A DNA stretch of 64,000 nucleotides. It comes from a virus. Lineage: Duplodnaviria; Caudoviricetes. The translations under genes were made by a program, and so were the position numbers. The notes beneath the pieces are model-generated. The model saw nothing but the letters and a program-made list of their open reading frames with translations, was not told the DNA's origin and did not search any database. Shown piece after piece: positions 58,543-64,000 of this stretch (the first letter of the stretch is position 1; each line of letters starts with the position of its first letter). Where the stretch lies: IMG/VR virus record IMGVR_UViG_3300028909_000001; one strand, given 5' to 3'.

Positions 58543-59199
58543 TTAGCTAACTTTTTCCTGTTTAAGGAATAATAATATTTGTTGATTAGTATTGTACCAA
58601 TCTAATTGAGAGCCTGAAAAAACTACATTTAATTGTCTTTTATCAGGTAACAATAATTTTAATGGACTGCCTTGTTCTGGTACATAAGTTACTGATCCCT
58701 CATTATTAAATACTAGTGCCAGGAATAATTCATCTTCCAATACTGCATCTATCATACCCTTGATCTTACCTGACTCAATAATGAAAGTGACAGGGTATTC
58801 TGTTTTAGTAGGCATAGTTTCTTCCATAATAGGTAATGATTCAATTTCTTGTAGTTTAGCTTTCTTACCTTTTTTAGGTTTGGTTAAGTTTTGTACTTCT
58901 TCAGTTGCTTGCTTAGTAAATTTAATAGTTAAAGGTTCCTGCTTAGCATGTACTGCTTTTATAGGGCCAGTAGGAGTCATTACAAACCCCGGCATCAAAG
59001 AACCTCTATTCTGCATACTATCTAACATTAATCTTTTTAGTTTCTCTGCTTCTTTACTACCACCTACCATTTCACCATTTACTTTCTTTTTACCAAAATT
59101 ATCGAATTTAGGAACAATATAACTTTTAGGTGGAGCAGAAGCATCAGGGCTTACTTCAACGATTTCCGGGTCATAAGGTATGCTTAAAATACTTGCCAT
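58543..59199 (-). CDS. Hypothetical protein
   Basis: 218-aa ORF. Confidence 0.6.
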   Translation of the reverse strand: MASILSIPYDPEIVEVSPDASAPPKSYIVPKFDNFGKKKVNGEMVGGSKEAEKLKRLMLDSMQNRGSLMPGFVMTPTGPIKAVHAKQEPLTIKFTKQATEEVQNLTKPKKGKKAKLQEIESLPIMEETMPTKTEYPVTFIIESGKIKGMIDAVLEDELFLALVFNNEGSVTYVPEQGSPLKLLLPDKRQLNVVFSGSQLDWYNTNQQILLFLKQEKVS

Positions 59200-59202
59200 A
59201 AT

Positions 59203-59625
59203 TTGTTTAATATAATAATTTGTGGTATGACATCCATAACATTAACACAACAGACTGCTCAATCAACCAGACCGAGCAACTACTTATTAAATATTACCGT
59301 CACTTCTTCTAATAATATAGATTCTCATATATTTGTCAAACAACGTATTGTTAGAGCTGATGGTACTTTTGACGATACTTTCTATACTGTAGCTTCACCT
59401 ACTGAGATGGAGGATTTGCCTTATAGTAGTCCTAATCAAGGCAATATGTTTTTCAGAGATAGTGCCATATCTTTAATATCAGAAGATCCCACTTTATTAA
59501 CTGATATAAGTACACACATATATTCTGACATTCAAATTCTATGTCAACAAACGGATGATTTAAGTACTTTATCCACTCCTGAAACCGTTACCATCAATAG
59601 TTCCTCAATTACTGTCTCTCCTTGA
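59203..59625 (+). CDS. Hypothetical (possibly structural) protein
   Basis: S/T-rich ORF. Confidence 0.55.
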   Translation: MFNIIICGMTSITLTQQTAQSTRPSNYLLNITVTSSNNIDSHIFVKQRIVRADGTFDDTFYTVASPTEMEDLPYSSPNQGNMFFRDSAISLISEDPTLLTDISTHIYSDIQILCQQTDDLSTLSTPETVTINSSSITVSP

Positions 59626-59832
59626 CATATAAATAGGTTAGTATAGATTTCCTTAATGCTGGATCAAATATTAAGTATTGGCTTATTTGATTCAGCTCTA
59701 CTATTTTATACGATAAAAATTAACTCATTAGCAGACAATACTCTGCTTATAAATCAACAACTTAGGCTTAAAATATCAAATATTAAGCTTAAATCTAAAG
59801 GGGCTGGAGGGTTGGGGGTAAATTCATAATTT

Positions 59833-60360
59833 ATGTTAAACAAACTCAAAGCTAAATTCATTAATTGGTTATTCAACAGTATTAAACCTGAAACTAAAGG
59901 CGCTGATATAACTTATGTAGGTAAGCATATAATTTACATAGGTAAGAGTAATGAAGTATGTAGTTTACCTACTCATCAATTTTCGGCCCAGTCTGAATTA
60001 AAAGGACTTAAAAGTAATTTAGATAGTCGTTATAGAGACGTATGTGAACTAAGATCTAATATAGAATTATTAGCAAATTCGATTAATTCTTTAAGGACAG
60101 AGATGGAATATATAAGGCAGGTAAGCAATATTATGAGAAGAGATACTGTCGTTGGAGTTCCTGCTAGCGTAGGAGGAGTACTACAAGGAATTAGAGGATC
60201 TGAAATTGTAGTTGATACTAGAAGTGTTGTTCCATCATTAAATGAAGATCCTACAAATTATACAGCCTCTCTAAGACCTACAGTAAGACCAGTAGACGAG
60301 CAATCTACTACTAGAACTATGTATTCAGATGAAGATAGAAATTTAGATCCAAATCTATGA
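59833..60360 (+). CDS. Coiled-coil protein with tail (DRNLDPNL)
   Basis: Shared tail; ATGA coupling. Confidence 0.7.
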   Translation: MLNKLKAKFINWLFNSIKPETKGADITYVGKHIIYIGKSNEVCSLPTHQFSAQSELKGLKSNLDSRYRDVCELRSNIELLANSINSLRTEMEYIRQVSNIMRRDTVVGVPASVGGVLQGIRGSEIVVDTRSVVPSLNEDPTNYTASLRPTVRPVDEQSTTRTMYSDEDRNLDPNL

Positions 60361-60728
60361 CAATAATTAAAAGAAATAATAGATACTTTGATGAAAACAA
60401 TAATAGTTGGATAACTGAAGAAGAAGCTACTCAATACTCACCTACCCTAACTAATTGTAGTAGTTGTAGAGATTGTAGTTATTGTAGAGAGTGTAGAGAT
60501 TGTAGAGATTGTAGTCGTTGTAGTTGGTGTAATGATTGTATTGCGTGTATTAATTGTTATGATTGTAGTAATTGCAGAGATTGTTATGCTTGTCATGCTT
60601 GTAGAAGTTGCATACATTGCGCTAATTATTTAAATAAAATAAACCTAGAACCCCAAGAAATTGTTCGTGAATCAACTTTAAGAGAAGAATTTGACCCGGC
60701 CCAGAGACTTTTAGAACCAGACTTATGA
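60357..60728 (+). CDS. Cys-x-x repeat protein with tail (QRLLEPDL)
   Basis: Head, repeats and tail. Confidence 0.85.
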   Translation: MTIIKRNNRYFDENNNSWITEEEATQYSPTLTNCSSCRDCSYCRECRDCRDCSRCSWCNDCIACINCYDCSNCRDCYACHACRSCIHCANYLNKINLEPQEIVRESTLREEFDPAQRLLEPDL

Positions 60729-61537
60729 GTAATACAAATTATACACATATCGTAGTATTAGTAGACAATAGTGGTAGCATGTTTAATACTAGACAAGCTA
60801 CCGTAGATGGCATAAATAACTTCTTGAATCAACAGAAGGTATTGCCAAGCCAGGATAGAAATCTTAGTTTTGCAGAAGATTTAAGTGATAGTAGTAATAA
60901 TGTTAAATGTACTACTTCGGTAGTATTCTTTAGTAGTGTTAGTCATCCTAGTAATTGGTTTACTAACTATAATTCTAATCATGGAGAACCTGTTGATGTT
61001 AATTTCAATTATGTAGTTCATTTCGATAAAGTTAATATTAACGACATCACTCCTATTCAAGAGATAAGTCCTGTAGGTGGAACTCCATTAATAGATGCAT
61101 TTTGTAAAGCTATTGATGATTGCACACAGTTTATTAATGTGACTAAAGAAGAAGACAGGCCTGGTAGGATTATTTTTCTAGTCATTACTGATGGGGCGGA
61201 AAATAGCAGTACTAAGTTTAAGAAGGATGATCTGTCTAGAAGGATAGCGGATAAACAAAGTCTTAATTGGCAGTTTATCTATCTAGGTGCTAATCAGGAT
61301 GCAATTCAAGAAAGTTCACAATATAGTGTAGCTCCAGGGCAAAGTTTGAATTATCAGCAAACTAGTAGTGGTATTGCATATGCTTATAGTTTAGCTTCTT
61401 CCAATGTCCTACAAAAGCGTTGTGTCGATACTGTTGCCATGTTTACTTGTTCTATTGATGCCCTGGATAAAGTCACAAGTACTAGTCAGATAAGTTTCAT
61501 CACTAATCCAACTTCAACTAATGATACTAAAATATGA
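60725..61537 (+). CDS. vWA domain protein
   Basis: VLVDNSGSM, GTPLIDA and VITDGAENSS. Confidence 0.85.
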   Translation: MSNTNYTHIVVLVDNSGSMFNTRQATVDGINNFLNQQKVLPSQDRNLSFAEDLSDSSNNVKCTTSVVFFSSVSHPSNWFTNYNSNHGEPVDVNFNYVVHFDKVNINDITPIQEISPVGGTPLIDAFCKAIDDCTQFINVTKEEDRPGRIIFLVITDGAENSSTKFKKDDLSRRIADKQSLNWQFIYLGANQDAIQESSQYSVAPGQSLNYQQTSSGIAYAYSLASSNVLQKRCVDTVAMFTCSIDALDKVTSTSQISFITNPTSTNDTKI

Positions 61538-61792
61538 CTTATAAAATCTGTGAAGAAATAACTAGTAAAGGTTGGAATTATGGTGTGACTAATGCTCCAG
61601 CAGAGTTAGTTACCAAAGCTAAAAGTATGATTGACGATGAAATGCCAGTAGTATTTGGAATGATACTGAATACAGATAAACCTAAATGGGTATTGCTAAG
61701 CGTAAATAAAGATAATCAACTTTATGTTGCGGCTAGAGGTGTTGATAGCTAAAAATAAGATGGGAGGATAGTTACTATCTTCCCCTTAATAT

Positions 61793-62245
61793 ATGACAAT
61801 AACAAAAATAAACAATAGATGGTATGACGAAAACAATAATAGCTGGTTATCAGAAGAAGCAGCTACTCAATACTCACCTACCCTAACTAATTGTAGAGAT
61901 TGTAGAGGTTGTAGTAATTGTGATGATTGTAGTTATTGTGATGATTGTAGTAATTGTAGTGGTTGTAGTACTTGTAGAGGTTGTATTAGTTGTAGTGTTT
62001 GTAGTGTTTGTAGTGATTGTAGTAGTTGTAGTAGTTGTAGTGGTTGTAATAGTTGTAGTGGTTGTAGTACTTGTTATAATTGTAGTGGTTGTAATAGTTG
62101 TAGTAGTTGGTGTGATCATTGTATTAATTGTAATAATTGTAGTAGTTGTAGTGGTTGTAATGACTGGACTAATAACATGAAATATGAACCGGTAATTAGA
62201 CCATTTATAGACTGTACTAACAGACTATTAGAACCAGACTTATGA
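61793..62245 (+). CDS. Cys-x-x repeat protein with tail (TNRLLEPDL)
   Basis: Last 94 nt identical to those of 29190. Confidence 0.85.
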   Translation: MTITKINNRWYDENNNSWLSEEAATQYSPTLTNCRDCRGCSNCDDCSYCDDCSNCSGCSTCRGCISCSVCSVCSDCSSCSSCSGCNSCSGCSTCYNCSGCNSCSSWCDHCINCNNCSSCSGCNDWTNNMKYEPVIRPFIDCTNRLLEPDL

Positions 62246-62495
62246 ACAATCCAAACATATCAATAGTTATAGCTAAAAATATAGTAAATGGTAATACTAT
62301 AACCTCAGAATTTAAGCTTAAACCTGAAGAAACAGCTATTATAACTGAACCAGATCACCTAGAATTTACAAACTTCATACCTAATGAAACAGTATTCATG
62401 GAAGCTGATATGAATTTAAGGATGATGAATTCCTTCCTAGAAAAGATTAAAATTTTACCAACTAAACAAAGTATTAATATAAAAATGATAAATAT

Positions 62496-62816
62496 ATGAA
62501 TTATTTCCTCATCGTAGCCAAACCTACCAAAGAGCTAGTCCCACTTAGTATTATAAAAGATTTGTTTGATGGATTTAGTGGATCTACAAATATTTCAAAG
62601 GTATTGGACGAATCAACCGTATATATTAGAATTTCGAGTAAAGAATCACTAAAGAAGGTGGAACTTGATAATAATGATACAGTCTATTTAGCTGCTAAAG
62701 TAGATTCCACTTATTATAAAGTAATAGATAAAGATGATTTTGAATTAGCTACACAGATTTATGCTGAGCTTAAATTGAATAAATGTAGAATACACCCTAA
62801 AATATTGTTTATATGA
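62496..62816 (+). CDS. Hypothetical protein
   Basis: Coupled ORF. Confidence 0.55.
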   Translation: MNYFLIVAKPTKELVPLSIIKDLFDGFSGSTNISKVLDESTVYIRISSKESLKKVELDNNDTVYLAAKVDSTYYKVIDKDDFELATQIYAELKLNKCRIHPKILFI

Positions 62817-63292
62817 CTTTCCTAGAACAATGCTTCCAAGACCATAATAGTACAATAGTTAAAATTAATATAGATTTAGTTAATAGATTGGTTCAAATAT
62901 GGAATACTAATAATACTTATTCTAATTTAACTTTTGGTGGGATAGAACAAAAAAATAACAATAAATTAAAAGTAGGTCAATGTAGAGACATTAACATCTA
63001 TTTAGAGATTCCAATAATAAGTTCTCTTCTATATTTTGAGTTTGATAGATTAACCTATAATTACCACTATTTTAGTCCTGGTTCGGAATATATAGAAGTT
63101 GATAATAGTCTGATTAAAATACAAAGGTCGATTGTACATTATAGTAGTGTTATTCCAGCATTGATCCGAAAAGCAAAAGATATTGAAAAGAAGAAGAAAC
63201 ATTATGCTAAACTAACTACCAGAAGCATAAAAACAGCTCAGCAAGAACTCAAGAATTTCCAGGATGCTATTAAACCAAAAACCAAAAAGTAA
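62813..63292 (+). CDS. Hypothetical protein
   Basis: Coupled ORF. Confidence 0.55.
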   Translation: MTFLEQCFQDHNSTIVKINIDLVNRLVQIWNTNNTYSNLTFGGIEQKNNNKLKVGQCRDINIYLEIPIISSLLYFEFDRLTYNYHYFSPGSEYIEVDNSLIKIQRSIVHYSSVIPALIRKAKDIEKKKKHYAKLTTRSIKTAQQELKNFQDAIKPKTKK

Positions 63293-63325
63293 ACAACCAA
63301 ACCAACAAACCAACAAACTAATATT

Positions 63326-63613
63326 ATGCCTATATCACCATTACCAGCCCTAGTCTCTGACCCTAAAGATGCCATTCTTTGGGCAGTTTTAAATCAATTA
63401 GAGAATATCGATGACACTACCGGTACTAGAATGGCTTTTGCAACTAGTGTAGCTTATAACATTCACTTAGGTCTGGATCGTCCTATATTTGAAGATATTA
63501 TTAGAGAAATTAGAACTGTACTCAAGGTTCCAGAGCCGGTTATCAGTGAAGTTGAAGAACCAGGAACTATGCGGGCTGATATAACTGAATTCGATACTAT
63601 GCGTGACCTTTAA
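63326..63613 (+). CDS. Hypothetical protein
   Basis: ORF with an AAAC-rich leader. Confidence 0.6.
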   Translation: MPISPLPALVSDPKDAILWAVLNQLENIDDTTGTRMAFATSVAYNIHLGLDRPIFEDIIREIRTVLKVPEPVISEVEEPGTMRADITEFDTMRDL

Positions 63614-63625
63614 TTAAGAAGTAGT

Positions 63626-63892
63626 ATGAAAACTTATGACTATAAAGTAATACTAATAAATCATGATGGTTGTAATGATTGCTACAATTGTAGTGATTGT
63701 ATTGATTGTTGGGATTGTAGTGGTTGTAATGATTGTAATAATTGTAGTAATGGTATTAATTGTAGTGATTGTGAAGGACTTTATAATTTTATAAATAAGA
63801 AAAATTGGTCAGCGCAACCTAGCATTGATACAACAAATGAAAAACGACCTATCTTAGACATTAATGATAGAAATCTAGACCCTTTCTTATGA
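63626..63892 (+). CDS. Headless Cys-x-x repeat protein with tail (DINDRNLDPFL)
   Basis: Repeats and tail with a different N-terminus. Confidence 0.8.
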   Translation: MKTYDYKVILINHDGCNDCYNCSDCIDCWDCSGCNDCNNCSNGINCSDCEGLYNFINKKNWSAQPSIDTTNEKRPILDINDRNLDPFL

Positions 63893-64000
63893 CAATAACA
63901 AAAATAAACAATAGATGGTATGACGAAAACAATAATAGCTGGTTATCAGAAGAAGCAGCTACTCAATACTCACCTACCCTAACTAATTGTAGAGATTGTA
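63889..64000 (+). CDS. Cys-x-x repeat protein (3'-truncated by the window)
   Basis: First 112 nt identical to those of 61793. Confidence 0.85.
   Translation, partial: MTITKINNRWYDENNNSWLSEEAATQYSPTLTNCRDC

Noticed and set aside
7235-62180. Long Val/Ile-rich and Thr/Ile-rich ORFs overlapping the Cys-repeat genes (e.g. 7293+, 7235-, 10958+, 19439+, 29320+, 61920+)
   Set aside because: These are shadow frames of the TGT-NNT-NNT periodicity. They lack the conserved head and tail and are not coupled to neighbouring genes.
6870-63892. The C-terminal tag as merely a ribosome-binding or translational-coupling DNA motif
   Set aside because: Synonymous codons vary widely, and several tagged genes end in TAA without overlap. 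The ATGA overlap may still favour the terminal Leu.
7145-64000. Diversity-generating retroelement as the source of Cys-repeat variation (mostly NNT codons, as AAT-to-NNT mutagenesis would give)
   Set aside because: No reverse transcriptase or non-coding template repeat is in the window. Tract lengths differ, AGA/TGG/GAG codons occur, and T-ending codons are preferred genome-wide. It cannot be excluded for the rest of the genome.
7145-64000. CRISPR array
   Set aside because: The repeats are in-frame coding units or gene ends, with no constant repeat and unique spacer pattern. The Cas4-like nuclease at 11611 stands alone.
1-64000. Stop-codon reassignment (prompted by the TCA tRNA-like element)
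   Set aside because: Recognisable enzymes are full length under code 11, and TGA, TAG and TAA all end genes in tight ATGA-type couplings.

Overview
This window is a 64-kb segment of an AT-rich large (jumbo-type) dsDNA bacteriophage genome, read in standard code 11. Most genes lie on the + strand; a short - strand block at about 54.1-59.2 kb looks structural (portal-like, fibre-like, DksA/TraR-like). Recognisable proteins are RecA/UvsX, a RuvC-like resolvase, an HhH glycosylase, a radical SAM enzyme, a PD-(D/E)xK nuclease, a phosphoesterase, an ATP-dependent ligase, PTH2, an ATP-grasp protein, an AAA ATPase, a HAD nucleotidase, HNH nucleases, a WGR protein, PurA, two vWA proteins, MYG1, a PspA-like protein and an outer-membrane barrel. 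RNA genes include about 21 tRNAs, a tmRNA and several aberrant tRNA-like or highly structured non-coding RNAs. Three things stand out. (1) About 31 otherwise unrelated small proteins end in the same C-terminal peptide, [DENT]-R-[KNRL]-L-[ED]-[PLIF]-[DEYF]-L-stop, with synonymous codon variation. (2) An 18-copy family of modular Cys-x-x repeat proteins has shuffled heads and tails. (3) A conserved 247-aa gene is flanked on both sides by hexamer repeats and followed by a circularly permuted tRNA-like RNA. All calls were made by eye from motifs and base pairing; no database searches were run.
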